Below, one piece after another: positions 9,601-19,250 of a stretch of DNA of 41,875 nucleotides. The notes below the pieces were generated by a model. That model was not told the origin of the DNA and did no database searches. It worked only from the letters and a program-made list of their open reading frames with translations. The translations under genes and the position numbers were made by a program. Position 1 is the first letter of the stretch. Each line of letters starts with the position of its first letter. The DNA comes from Acidobacteriota bacterium. GTDB lineage: Bacteria > Acidobacteriota > Vicinamibacteria > Vicinamibacterales > CAVVIG01. The DNA lies in NCBI GenBank assembly GCA_016195295.1, contig JACPZV010000389.1:1-41875 (forward strand), in the 5' to 3' direction.

Positions 9601-9865
9601 GCATCAGGCGCGCCGCGACCGCGAAGAAGTGCGTGCGACTGTGGATGGTCATGCGGTCCAGGTCCACGAGCCGCAGGTACGCCTCGTGAACGAGGGCCGT
9701 CGTCTGAAGCGAGTGGTCTCGCTCGGCCTTGAGGTGCCCGCGCGCGACGCGGCGCAACTCCTCGTAGACGAGCGGCACCAGACGATCGAGTGCGGCCTTG
9801 TCGCCCTGACGCCAACTGAGAAGGAACGCGGTCACCGCTTCACGCGGTTCCCGTCGCTGTGCCAT
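6684..9865 (-). CDS. Fusion protein: ECF sigma region 2 + Ser/Thr protein kinase + TM helix + PD40/TolB-like beta-propeller (frameshifted as given)
   Basis: ORFs 6968..9865 and 6684..7361 form one gene. The N-terminus LLSWRQGDKAALDRLVPLVYEELRRVARGHL...TALVHEAYLRL...ILVDHARKR is TIGR02999-type sigma region 2. Kinase motifs follow: GAGGMGEVYKA, AIKVL, HRDLKPGNIFL, DFGLAK, APEQ. Then comes a TM helix AAAVSIVALVLAGALWLGL and repeated SPDG/TPDG blades. The frame switches near the GGG run at 7314-7316. Confidence 0.8.
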
Positions 9866-9996
9866 GGGCCGATCGCCTCCCTGAAGGAGGGTAGCACCGA
9901 CGCCTCCCGGCGCCCCGTGGGCATGAGGGAGAAATGCGCCGCATTACGCCTATAGGAGTGTGACGTCCTTACCGGAACATCCGTGGAGATGGCGCC

Positions 9997-12771
9997 ATGT
10001 TCCTCAGATCGATCGTTCCGACCGTGTTGCAAGCGGCAGGTCTCCTCGTCCTCGTCTCGAGCATCGCCGATGCCCAGGTGCTCACTGGAAGCCTGTTCGG
10101 CATGGTGAAAGACGAGTCTGGCGGAGTCCTGCCTGACGCATCGGTACATTTGAGTTCGGCGGCCCTGATTGGCGGACCGGCAGTGTCGGCTCTCAATGAG
10201 AAGGGACAGTTCCGGTACCGCGAGCTCGCGCCTGGCCCGTACACACTGCTGATTGAGCTCGCCGGGTTCGCACCCTACCGTGAAGACGAGATCCGGATTG
10301 GTGTGGGCGACAGCATCGAGCGCACGGTGATCCTCAAACTCGCGGCCTTCGCTGAATCCATCGCCGTCGAGGGCAAAAGCTCGATCGAGGCGCGCCGCAG
10401 CGGACTGTCCAGCCGCTACGAGCGAGACCAGCTCGAGGCCATTCCAGTTCGCCGCTACAGCATGTTCGACTTCATCAAAGCGGCGCCGGGCGTCTCGGCC
10501 ACGTCTCCGTCGAGCGGCACAAGCAACAGCGTGTCGGTGTTCGGATCGGGCGCCAACGAGAACGCGTTTCTCCTGGACGGCACCAATTTCACGTGCCCGT
10601 GCAGTGGCGGGGCGGCACCGCAGCCTGACGTCGACGTCATCGAAGAGCTCCAGATCGATTCGCTCGGCGCGTCGGCCGAGTTTGGGAACGTCGAGGGCGC
10701 GGTCTTCAACGCCGTGACCAAGCAAGGCGGCAACACCTTCCAGTACGACGCCTCGTACTACGGGCAGACCGACGGTCTCACCAGCCACCCGGTGGGGATC
10801 GTGTGCGTTCGCTGCACGGAGCCCGAAACCGCGTACGCGCGCGCGAGATATCGTGACCTCACAACACATCTCGGCGGTCCGATCCTGCGCGACCGGCTCT
10901 GGTTCTTCGGCGGCTATCAATTCCTCCGCGACTACGACAGCCAGCCGGGCACGGACCCGAGATTCCCGCGGACCGACGAGTACGACAAGCTGTTTGCAAA
11001 GGTCACGTGGCAGATCGCACCGCAACTGAAGCTGCTCAGCAGTTTTCACGATGAGTTCTGGGTCAGTCCCGATCGGCCCACTCTGTCGAAACCTATCGAG
11101 ACGACCGTGCGCACCAGCGGATCGCGGCCGACGGGCACGTTCGCACACCTGACGCACGTGCTGTCGGGCAACACGCTGTGGGACGCTCGGGTCTCCCGCT
11201 TCCTGGCGCCGCAGGAGGGCGTTCCGAGTACCGGCGATCGCACCATCCCGAACCGCAGCGACACGGCGACGGGCCTCTCAAGCGGAGGTCCTCCAAGTTT
11301 CGGCAGCCTCACGTTGACCCGGACGACTACGAAGGCGACCCTCAGCCACTACCGGACGAACCTGCTCGCCGGCGATCACGAGTTCAAGGCGGGCGTGCAG
11401 ATCGAGGATGGAAGACATGACGGCTATAGCGCGTTTCCTGGTGGCGTCCAGTACACCGACAATAACGGACAGCGGTTCCAGGCGGTCTTTCGCGCACCCT
11501 CCATCGCGGGCGGAGAGTTCACCACAACCGGCGCCTTTGCCATGGATTCTGTCCGGCTGGGCGGCCGTCTGACTCTCGATCTGGGCGTCAGATACGATCA
11601 CAGCACCGCCATCAGCCCGGATCTTCCGGCACGTGATGCGGAGGGGCACGAGACAAGCGCGACGATTCGTGGTCTGGGCACTCTGTACACCTGGGATGTC
11701 GTGTCACCACGTCTGGGCCTTGCGGTGAAGCTCACGCCCAGCGGACGGACGATCTTGCGTACGAACTACGGCCGCTTCTATGGAGGCATCCTGACGGGCG
11801 AGCTCGCACCGATTCACCCGGGCCAGACCCCGACGACGACCGCGCGCTTCGATCCGGCGACCGGTCAATACTCGCGTATCGTGTCGGTCGTCGATACGAC
11901 GCAGCTGCGGCTCGATCCCGACACGAAAGCGCCCCGGACCGATCAGTTCTCGATCAGCGTCGACCGCGAACTGGCAAGCCACCTGGCCGCGACCGTGGCG
12001 CTCGTGCACAAAGCCGGGCGGGACTTCATCGGCTGGGAAGATACCGGCGGAGTCTATGGAGCACAGACGAGAGCGCTGTCGGACGGCCGCACATTCCCGG
12101 TCCTCGTGCTCACGAACTCGACCGCCGATCGCCGCTTCCTTCTGACGAACCCGGAGGGCTACTTCCTCAGATACAACGGCGCGATGTTCGCCCTCGAGAG
12201 ACGCTGGGCCGATCGCTGGCAGGCGCTCGCGTCATACACGCTCTCGCGAACGGAGGGTCTCCAGCCGTCGAGCGGCACCACGCCAGGCGGCGGTCAGTTC
12301 AGCAGCACGTTCGGCGCCAACACGTTCGGGCGCGACCCGAACAGTCTGACGAACGCAATCGGCGAGTTGCCGAACGACCGGACGCACGAACTCCGATTGA
12401 TGGGATCGCTCGAGATCCCCAGGACCGGTGTGATGGTGGCGGCCAACCTTCAGTATTTGACGGGGCAGCCGTGGGCGGCGACGGCGCTGGTTTCCCTGCC
12501 GCAGGCGCCTGCCCAGCGAGTGCTCCTCGAGCCGCGCGGATCGCGCCGGCTGTCGTCGCAAACCCTGCTCGACCTGCGCGTGTCGAAAACCCTTCGCTTC
12601 GCCGGACGCGGACAGATCGAACTGCTCCTCGACGTGCTGAATGCGCTGAACAAGACGGCGGAGGAAGGACTCGCGGACGACAATCTGTTCAGCCAGAATT
12701 TCGCACGTCCGAACGTGTTTGTCGATCCACGCCGAGCCATGCTGGGCGTCAGGCTTCTTCTTCCGAAGTAG
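9997..12771 (+). CDS. TonB-dependent receptor-like outer-membrane protein with N-terminal CarboxypepD_reg domain
   Basis: Signal peptide, then GMVKDESGGVLPDASVHL...GQFRYRELAPGPYTLLIELAGF (carboxypeptidase-regulatory fold), a plug-like segment and a long beta-barrel with alternating hydrophobic pattern. Confidence 0.85.
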   Translation: MFLRSIVPTVLQAAGLLVLVSSIADAQVLTGSLFGMVKDESGGVLPDASVHLSSAALIGGPAVSALNEKGQFRYRELAPGPYTLLIELAGFAPYREDEIRIGVGDSIERTVILKLAAFAESIAVEGKSSIEARRSGLSSRYERDQLEAIPVRRYSMFDFIKAAPGVSATSPSSGTSNSVSVFGSGANENAFLLDGTNFTCPCSGGAAPQPDVDVIEELQIDSLGASAEFGNVEGAVFNAVTKQGGNTFQYDASYYGQTDGLTSHPVGIVCVRCTEPETAYARARYRDLTTHLGGPILRDRLWFFGGYQFLRDYDSQPGTDPRFPRTDEYDKLFAKVTWQIAPQLKLLSSFHDEFWVSPDRPTLSKPIETTVRTSGSRPTGTFAHLTHVLSGNTLWDARVSRFLAPQEGVPSTGDRTIPNRSDTATGLSSGGPPSFGSLTLTRTTTKATLSHYRTNLLAGDHEFKAGVQIEDGRHDGYSAFPGGVQYTDNNGQRFQAVFRAPSIAGGEFTTTGAFAMDSVRLGGRLTLDLGVRYDHSTAISPDLPARDAEGHETSATIRGLGTLYTWDVVSPRLGLAVKLTPSGRTILRTNYGRFYGGILTGELAPIHPGQTPTTTARFDPATGQYSRIVSVVDTTQLRLDPDTKAPRTDQFSISVDRELASHLAATVALVHKAGRDFIGWEDTGGVYGAQTRALSDGRTFPVLVLTNSTADRRFLLTNPEGYFLRYNGAMFALERRWADRWQALASYTLSRTEGLQPSSGTTPGGGQFSSTFGANTFGRDPNSLTNAIGELPNDRTHELRLMGSLEIPRTGVMVAANLQYLTGQPWAATALVSLPQAPAQRVLLEPRGSRRLSSQTLLDLRVSKTLRFAGRGQIELLLDVLNALNKTAEEGLADDNLFSQNFARPNVFVDPRRAMLGVRLLLPK

Positions 12772-12941
12772 CGCAGAGCGACAATCGGCGATGCGCTCGT
12801 GCCGCCGGTGGTGGCAGCCGCGCGGCGCGACGATTTCGTACGGGCCGACGCGTGTTCCCGCGCTCAGCATTCGCCTCTCACCCAATGCCCCAATCAAATG
12901 ACCAGATAACCAGGTGACAAGATGACCAGATTCCGCGCCGC

Positions 12942-14249
12942 TTAGGCCGGCAGCCCGTTCTTCACCACGTTCTGCATCACCTCGACGAAGTAATCGATCT
13001 CTTCGAGCGGCGTGTAGATGTTGGGCGTCACGCGCAGCCCGCGATAGCTGAGGCTGGGTGTCTTGAGATTCTCGTGCCCCACGCTCGTGATCACGATGCG
13101 GTGCTTGTCCCACAAGTGCGTGACGAGCTTGTTCGAATCGACGCCGTCGATTGACACGACCGCCAGGCCCCACGTCTGCCCCGACTCGAGGCTCGAGTGC
13201 AGCTTGATTCGCGGATTCTTCTTCAGTTCGTTCGCCCAGCGCAGCGTCAGGTAGCGCAGGCGCGCGGCTTTGCGCTCGATGCCGATGGCCTGCTGGAACG
13301 CGATGGCCTCGTTGATCGCCGCCTTGGTGGCCGCGGGGCTCGTGCCGATTTCCTCGAACTTGCGGATGTCGTTGTCGCGACGCTCCGGCGCGGCCTGCAG
13401 CGGCCACGTCGACGCGATGCGGTCCTTGCGGACGTAGAGCAGGCCGGTGCCGGTCGGCGCCAGCAGCCACTTGTGCAGGCTCACGCCGTAGAAGTCCATC
13501 TCCAGATCGCGCAGCTTGAACGGAAAGTGGCCCATCGCGTGGGCGCCGTCGACGATCGTCGTGATGCCGCGCTGCCGCGCCATCCGGCTCAGATCACGGA
13601 CAGGGAAAAGCTGCCCGGACTGATTGGTGATGTGGCAGAAGTGCAGCACCTTCGTCTGCGGCGTGATCGCTTTCTCGAACCGCTGCAGGAGATCCGCCTG
13701 CGTCGTCGGGCACGGAAAATCGAGGCGCGTGATCTTGATCTTGTCCCGCCGCGCGCGCTGGTCCCACGTGGTCAGCATGCGCCCGTAGTCCTGCTCGGTC
13801 GTGATGATTTCGTCACCCGGCTTGAAATCGAGACCGTTTTGCGCGATCTGCAGCGACTCGCTGGCGTTGCGCGTGATGGCGATCTCTTCCGGGTCGGCGC
13901 CGAACTCCGCGGCCAGCCGCCGCCGGGCCGTTTCGATGTTCCGCTCGATCAGTCCGCGGTGGTACACCGGCGCCTGGTTCGACGAGTCCAGGTACCGTTT
14001 GTACGCCTCGTGGACGACGGTGGGGCTGGGACACGAATTGCCGTTGTTGAGGTTCATCAGCGTGCGATCCAGCGTGAACGCGAACTGGATCTCGCGCCAG
14101 TAGGTTTCGTCCGCTGCGACCTCATCGGGCGAACGGTTCTCGATGGCCGCCGTGGCGGCGGCAACCTCGTCGATCCCGTAGTGGCGAACGGCGAACGCTG
14201 CCCCCGTCGCCGCGCCGGCCAGCCGCAGAATAGAACGTCGACTCCACAT
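12942..14249 (-). CDS. Tat-exported PLP-dependent aminotransferase class V (cysteine desulfurase / isopenicillin-N-epimerase-like)
   Basis: Twin-arginine signal MWSRRSILRLAGAATGAAFA. The PLP-lysine motif is SLHKWLLAPTGTG. AGGAGGA lies 6 nt upstream of the internal ATG at 14249, so the ORF-track start at 14360 was rejected. Confidence 0.8.
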   Translation of the reverse strand: MWSRRSILRLAGAATGAAFAVRHYGIDEVAAATAAIENRSPDEVAADETYWREIQFAFTLDRTLMNLNNGNSCPSPTVVHEAYKRYLDSSNQAPVYHRGLIERNIETARRRLAAEFGADPEEIAITRNASESLQIAQNGLDFKPGDEIITTEQDYGRMLTTWDQRARRDKIKITRLDFPCPTTQADLLQRFEKAITPQTKVLHFCHITNQSGQLFPVRDLSRMARQRGITTIVDGAHAMGHFPFKLRDLEMDFYGVSLHKWLLAPTGTGLLYVRKDRIASTWPLQAAPERRDNDIRKFEEIGTSPAATKAAINEAIAFQQAIGIERKAARLRYLTLRWANELKKNPRIKLHSSLESGQTWGLAVVSIDGVDSNKLVTHLWDKHRIVITSVGHENLKTPSLSYRGLRVTPNIYTPLEEIDYFVEVMQNVVKNGLPA

Positions 14250-14399
14250 GGTGATCCTCCTGTGTGGTGCGCAGTGTAACAGTGGTTGCCGCCAGACGAC
14301 AGCGCCCTTATGCTGACGCTGCGTCCCTTGCTTGACCGGGAAAAATAACACAGAGGACACAGAGGAAGACCGGATGTGATAGCCACAAAGAGACGGAGG

Positions 14400-14419
14400 T
14401 GTTCGACGCGTCGAACACG
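14400..14419. promoter_or_regulatory. 20-bp perfect palindrome GTGTTCGACG|CGTCGAACAC in a divergent intergenic region
   Basis: Read directly from the sequence. It lies between the aminotransferase (-) and GH31 (+) genes and is flanked by CACRGAG-type repeats in both orientations. Confidence 0.35.
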
Positions 14420-14503
14420 GTCTGTGGAGTTTCTTATCGCTGTGACTCCGTATCTCCGTGGCCCATTTCCCTCCGTGATCTCCGTGGTTCAGAGTTTGAC
14501 CTC

Positions 14504-16810
14504 ATGACCTCCATCTCCCGCCGGGAACTGCTCAAGCGTGTCGGGTCGGTCAGCGCCGGCGCGCTTGTCGGCGCGCCTGGCGCTGGCGCGCGGGACGATG
14601 CGATCACCGTCGCGGCACAGCCAGTCGAGATCGCGATCGCCGCCGCGAGTTCGCTGACCGCGCGCATCACGATCGCGGCCATTGTCAACGGCAGCGCGCA
14701 GGCGGTCCGAGGCGACGGATCGCTCGTCGATCGCCGCTGGCCGGCGCCGGTCGCCCGGCTGCGCACGCTTCCGCGTCCAGCCGCCGCGCGTGCTGGCGAT
14801 TTGATCGTTCGCGCGTCGGTTGGCGGGCCTGAAAGGCCCGCCCTACACATCACGGTCAGTCACGCGAACGGCCGCACCGTCCAGCAGCTCCACATCGATC
14901 AGCAGACCGGCGCGTTGACGTTCGCGCTCGGCGACCGTCCACTCCTCGGACTCGGCGAAGGCGGACCGCAGTTCGATCGGCGCGGCTCGACCGATCGCAT
15001 GCGCAGCGGCCAGAGCGGCTACGAGCTGCGCACGCACGGCGGACGCGTGCCCGTGCAATGGCTGATCGGCACCGACGGCTGGGCGATGTTCATTCATCAG
15101 CCGTACGGCACGTTCGACTTCTCCGGCACGGAAGGACGCTTCGATCCTCCAGCCGGCGCTCCGCTCCCGCTCGACTTCTTCGTCGTGGGCGCGAGCGATC
15201 CGGCCGCGATCATGGCGGAATACGCGCGGCTCACCGGCTACCCCGAGATGCCGCCGCTCTGGTCGTTCGGCTACCAGCAGTCGCACCGCACGCTGGCCAG
15301 CCGCGACGAGATCCTCCAGGAAGCGAAGATGTTCCGCGAGAAGAAACTGCCCTGCGACACGATGATCTATCTCGGGACGGGCTTCTGCCCCTCGGGCTGG
15401 AACACCGACAACGGCGAGTTCGTGTTCAACAAGAACGTGTTTCCCGATCCGCCCGCGATGATTCAACAGTTGCACGACGATCACTTCAAAGTCGTCCTGC
15501 ACATCGTCCTGGAGGGCCGGACGCTGACCGGCGCTGTCGGCGATCCGTGCACGGCGCCGCCGTTGCCGAGCGGCCGCACGAGTGACGGCAAGTGGCCAGA
15601 CGATCGACAGGTGAGCTGCTACTGGCCCGTCCACAAACCGTTGTTCGATGCCGGCGTCGACGGCTGGTGGCCGGATCAAGGCGACGGACTGGATGGGCCG
15701 TCGCGTCTCGCCCGCAATCGGATGTACTGGGACGGCAGTCAACAGTGGCGTCCGAACCAGCGCGTCTACGCGCTTCACCGCAACGGCCGTCCGGGAATGC
15801 AGCGTTTTGGTGCGTTCCTCTGGTCCGGCGACGTTTACTCCACCTGGGAAACGCTGAAAACGCACGTGCCGGTCGCCGTCAACACCGCGCTCTCGGGCAT
15901 TCCGTTCTGGGGCACGGACATCGGCGGATTCGTGCCCACGAAAGAATTCACTGGAGAGCTGTACGTCCGCTGGTTCCAGTTCGGCGCGTTCTGCCCGCTC
16001 TTCCGATCGCACGGGCGGACGTGGACGCTGCGTTTGCCGTGGGGCTGGAACACCGGGTCGATCGAGCCGGATGAGATCTCCAACTACACGGGCGGCGCCG
16101 CCAATCCCGATCTCAGCGAGCTGCGCAACGCCGCGGTCGAGCCGATCTGCAAGAAGTTCCTCGAGCTCCGCTACCGCTTGATGCCGTACCTCTACAGCGC
16201 CGTCCACGAGGCGCACCAGACCGGACTGCCGGTCGTGCGCGCGCTGTGGCTGCACTACCCGATCGATCGAGCGGCCGTCGCGCGCGGCGACCAGTACTTG
16301 TGGGGCCGCGATATCCTCGTCGCGCCGGTCGTCGAGAAAGGCGCAACCTCCCGCAGCGTCTATCTTCCCGCCGGACGCTGGTACGACTTCTGGACTGAGG
16401 AGGCACGTGACGGCGGACGCGAGATCAGCCGGCCCGTCGATCTCGAAACGATGCCCCTGTTCGTCCGCGCGGGTGCGATCCTGCCGCTCGGCCCCGTCAA
16501 GCAGTACACGAGCGAGCCGGTCGACGCGCCGCTTACCGTCCAGGTCTTCCCCGGCGCTAACGGCGCGTTCACGCTGTACGAAGATGATGGGCGGACGTTT
16601 GACTACAGACGAGGAGACTGGATGGGCATCGAGTTCCGATGGAATGACACGACGCGGCGATTGACGCTGCAGCTGGCGAACGGATCGCGGATGCGTCCGC
16701 CCGCGTCTCGGCGGATCACCGTTCGCGCGGCCGGCATGCCGATCACCCGCGACGTCGTCTTCACCGGCACCGCCATCGAGGTGCGCCTACGACCTGATGA
16801 AATGTATTGA
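14504..16810 (+). CDS. Glycoside hydrolase family 31 (alpha-glucosidase/alpha-xylosidase-like), Tat signal
   Basis: MTSISRRELLKRVGSVSAGAL is a Tat leader. GH31 signatures are present: VDGWWPDQGDG (nucleophile region), FLWSGDVYSTWETL and GIPFWGTDIGGF. Confidence 0.85.
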   Translation: MTSISRRELLKRVGSVSAGALVGAPGAGARDDAITVAAQPVEIAIAAASSLTARITIAAIVNGSAQAVRGDGSLVDRRWPAPVARLRTLPRPAAARAGDLIVRASVGGPERPALHITVSHANGRTVQQLHIDQQTGALTFALGDRPLLGLGEGGPQFDRRGSTDRMRSGQSGYELRTHGGRVPVQWLIGTDGWAMFIHQPYGTFDFSGTEGRFDPPAGAPLPLDFFVVGASDPAAIMAEYARLTGYPEMPPLWSFGYQQSHRTLASRDEILQEAKMFREKKLPCDTMIYLGTGFCPSGWNTDNGEFVFNKNVFPDPPAMIQQLHDDHFKVVLHIVLEGRTLTGAVGDPCTAPPLPSGRTSDGKWPDDRQVSCYWPVHKPLFDAGVDGWWPDQGDGLDGPSRLARNRMYWDGSQQWRPNQRVYALHRNGRPGMQRFGAFLWSGDVYSTWETLKTHVPVAVNTALSGIPFWGTDIGGFVPTKEFTGELYVRWFQFGAFCPLFRSHGRTWTLRLPWGWNTGSIEPDEISNYTGGAANPDLSELRNAAVEPICKKFLELRYRLMPYLYSAVHEAHQTGLPVVRALWLHYPIDRAAVARGDQYLWGRDILVAPVVEKGATSRSVYLPAGRWYDFWTEEARDGGREISRPVDLETMPLFVRAGAILPLGPVKQYTSEPVDAPLTVQVFPGANGAFTLYEDDGRTFDYRRGDWMGIEFRWNDTTRRLTLQLANGSRMRPPASRRITVRAAGMPITRDVVFTGTAIEVRLRPDEMY

Positions 16811-16873
16811 CTGCTGAACCAGGAAGACACAGGATAGCGCCTCACTTCGCAGAGCTTGAGGAGGGCGCAACAG

Positions 16874-17635
16874 ATGGCTCAAATCCTGACGCTCGTCTAC
16901 GGGTTCGTCGCCTATGCGGTGTTCCTCGGCGCGTTTCTCTACGCGATCGGATTCGTCGGCAACATCTTTGTGCCCAAATCGATCGATTCGGGGGCGACGT
17001 TTCCGCTGATGGAGACGCTCGTCACGAACGTGCTGCTTTTGACTCTGTTCGCGGTCCAGCACAGCGTCATGGCACGGCCGGCCTTCAAGCGCTGGTGGAC
17101 CCGGATCGTGCCGAAACAGATCGAGCGGAGCACGTATGTGCTGCTGGCCAGCTTGATCCTATTGCTGCTGTTCTGGCAATGGCGTCCGATCACCGGCGTG
17201 GTGTGGGACGCGCGGTCGACGATGCTGGGAGTGCTCCTGCTCGGACTTTTCGGCGTCGGTTGGCTGATCGTGTTGCTCTCGACGTTCATGATCGATCACT
17301 TCGATTTGTTTGGCTTGCGTCAGGTCACGTTGTACTTCCAACAGCGGCCGTACACGCCCGTCTCGTTCGTGACGAGGGGTCTGTACAAAATCGTTCGGCA
17401 CCCGATCATGCTCGGCTTTCTCATCGCGTTTTGGGCGACGCCGGTGATGACCCTCGGCCATCTGATGTTCACCGTCATTACGACTGCCTACATCCTCGTC
17501 GCGCTTCAACTCGAAGAGCATGATTTGCTTGAGGCGCACCGTCAGACATACGAGCGGTACCGCCGCGAGACGCCGATGCTCATTCCGCTGCCAACGGGAA
17601 AACGCAAGCCTGCGCCCGTCCACGAAAAAGTTTGA
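16874..17635 (+). CDS. Membrane methyltransferase of the ICMT/PEMT superfamily, MddA-like (methanethiol S-methyltransferase candidate)
   Basis: Multi-TM protein with VPKSID, FAVQHSVMARPAFKRWW, IDHFDLFGLRQV, VRHPIMLGF, TLGHLMF and LEEHDL motifs, which I recall as typical of the MddA family. GAGGAGGG lies 8 nt upstream of ATG 16874. Confidence 0.6.
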   Translation: MAQILTLVYGFVAYAVFLGAFLYAIGFVGNIFVPKSIDSGATFPLMETLVTNVLLLTLFAVQHSVMARPAFKRWWTRIVPKQIERSTYVLLASLILLLLFWQWRPITGVVWDARSTMLGVLLLGLFGVGWLIVLLSTFMIDHFDLFGLRQVTLYFQQRPYTPVSFVTRGLYKIVRHPIMLGFLIAFWATPVMTLGHLMFTVITTAYILVALQLEEHDLLEAHRQTYERYRRETPMLIPLPTGKRKPAPVHEKV

Positions 17636-19131
17636 ACTGAGAAGCGATTGCGGGAGGCGTGGTCAACGCGCTGCGCGGTCGGAACCGCTTTCAGGAACTC
17701 GCTGTACGGCACGATGGCGCCGTGAATCGGCACAATACGATCGATTTTCAGATCGTGCTTCTTGATGTTCTCGAGCAGATTCGCCGCGTACGGCTGCACG
17801 GCCGCGGCCGGACTGAACACATCGGCCTCCACTAGCAGTCGCTCCTTCGGGAAGTACGCCATCAGGAGCGTATCGGCGTGCGCGCTGCCCGCGACGCGGT
17901 ACAGGTTGACCGTCATCGCACGGTCCTTGAGGACCATCTCCTCGTCTATGGTCTCGATCTTCAGCGGCTTGGGACTCTTCGCCAGCGCATCGGGCACGAT
18001 CGAGTGCGACCGCGAGATCGCATCCTGGTAGAACGCCGCATTCGCTTTCTGCGTGATGACCGTGAGGCCTTCCGACACGGCGGCGCGGATGCCGCCGGAG
18101 TGATCGAAGTGGTGGTGAGTGTTGATGACCTGCGTCAGCGGCTTGTTCGGCCGCAGCTCTCGCGCCTTCGCAATCACCGCGCGCGCGCGCGTGTCGTTCT
18201 GCGGAGCCTCGATCAGCGTCAGGTGATCGGCGAACTCCACCAGGACGCTGTGATGCGACTGGCCGGCGAGGAACCAGACGCCCTTCGCGATCTCTTCCGT
18301 CGTCACTGTGGCGGGCGGAGGGCCTGCGATCGGCGCGGCCAACGCCGCGGCCGCCGGCGCCCTGAGATCGCTGTCATCGCCCGCGTCGCCATCGACGATC
18401 TGCTTCGTCACCTTGATGTCGACCGTCGTGTACCTGTCGGTCTTCGTCGTCAGATGCGTCGGGAGCTTCAGCCCGCTGACGTCCTGGTAGTCGGCGAAGC
18501 TGGTCTCGATAGCGACGTCGCCCAGGTTGGCGTTGTCCGTCATCGACACGACGCGCGTCGGCAGCTTGGTCGCGCTATCGATCGCCAGCGTGAACTTGAG
18601 GCCGTTGGCCGTGGCGACGTCGACGATGCGCTCGCTGTCGTGCGTGCGAGGCTGGGACAGCGTGGCCGCCGGATCGAGCGCGGCACGGACGATCGTGAGC
18701 GGATGATGATAGATCTCCGCGCGGCGATCGGTCGCGACGGCGTTCGCGACGCGCGTCGCGGTGCCATTGACGGCGATGTTGTAACCCATGCTGCCGTCGA
18801 CGCCGAGCACCTGTTTCTGCGCCTGCTGACCTTGGAAGTACGTGAAATTCGGCGTGCGCGTCTGCTCGATTCGCGCGCGTCCGGCCGCGACATCGATCGC
18901 GCGCTTGTAGCCGGTGAGCGTGAACGCTTGTCCCGTGGCGTCGGGCGTCATGTCCTGGCCCAGGTTGCCGTTGATCCCCGAGCCTTCAATGACGAGCGTC
19001 TTGACGGCCTGAACGCGCGCGCGACCGCCGAGGGCGCTCGCGGCATCGTTGATGATCTGCTGTTCCGGCGGGGCCTGCGCGCAGGCGCCAAGCGTCGCCG
19101 CCACGAGTACCGCGAGGATCGTGCGTGCCAT
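17542..19131 (-). CDS. Lipoprotein with C-terminal metallo-beta-lactamase-fold hydrolase domain
   Basis: Lipobox LVAATLGAC. The MBL motif is VINTHHHFDHSGG (HxHxDH), with later His/Asp ligands. The 3' tail overlaps the convergent methyltransferase gene by 94 nt. Confidence 0.8.
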   Translation of the reverse strand: MARTILAVLVAATLGACAQAPPEQQIINDAASALGGRARVQAVKTLVIEGSGINGNLGQDMTPDATGQAFTLTGYKRAIDVAAGRARIEQTRTPNFTYFQGQQAQKQVLGVDGSMGYNIAVNGTATRVANAVATDRRAEIYHHPLTIVRAALDPAATLSQPRTHDSERIVDVATANGLKFTLAIDSATKLPTRVVSMTDNANLGDVAIETSFADYQDVSGLKLPTHLTTKTDRYTTVDIKVTKQIVDGDAGDDSDLRAPAAAALAAPIAGPPPATVTTEEIAKGVWFLAGQSHHSVLVEFADHLTLIEAPQNDTRARAVIAKARELRPNKPLTQVINTHHHFDHSGGIRAAVSEGLTVITQKANAAFYQDAISRSHSIVPDALAKSPKPLKIETIDEEMVLKDRAMTVNLYRVAGSAHADTLLMAYFPKERLLVEADVFSPAAAVQPYAANLLENIKKHDLKIDRIVPIHGAIVPYSEFLKAVPTAQRVDHASRNRFSVQTFSWTGAGLRFPVGSGMSIGVSRRYRSYV

Positions 19132-19250
19132 ATGTCGCTCCCTGCGAGAACCGGATGACGTTCGCGTCCACCGAGCCCGACGTACTCACGTGTGATCAAA
19201 CACAAGTTCTGATTTGCCGTGCTTGTCGAGACAGTGCCCACTGGCACGTT

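Noticed and set aside
8378-9955. Long antisense or off-frame ORFs with Arg/Ala/Gly/Pro-rich translations. Examples are 8378..9955 +, 13197..14279 +, 14843..16255 -, 12232..13470 -, 17878..19158 +, 22916..24052 +, 31383..32165 -, 32565..34439 -, 35635..37287 -, 36761..38515 + and 40032..41228 +.
   Set aside because: These are shadow ORFs typical of high-GC DNA. Each lies opposite or out of frame to a gene with clear domain motifs, and none has recognisable motifs of its own.
12898-12931. Short repeats ATGACCAGAT ... ACCAGGTGA ... ATGACCAGAT between the convergent TonB-receptor and aminotransferase genes.
   Set aside because: There are only two exact 10-mers in a 3' intergenic spacer with no associated structure or ORF. 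They are probably a simple sequence remnant.
17542-17635. A 94-nt convergent overlap of the MBL and methyltransferase genes, and a 71-nt overlap at 1137-1207.
   Set aside because: The overlapping tails are non-conserved-looking extensions up to the next stop codon, which is common in high-GC genomes. They are not evidence of a special feature.
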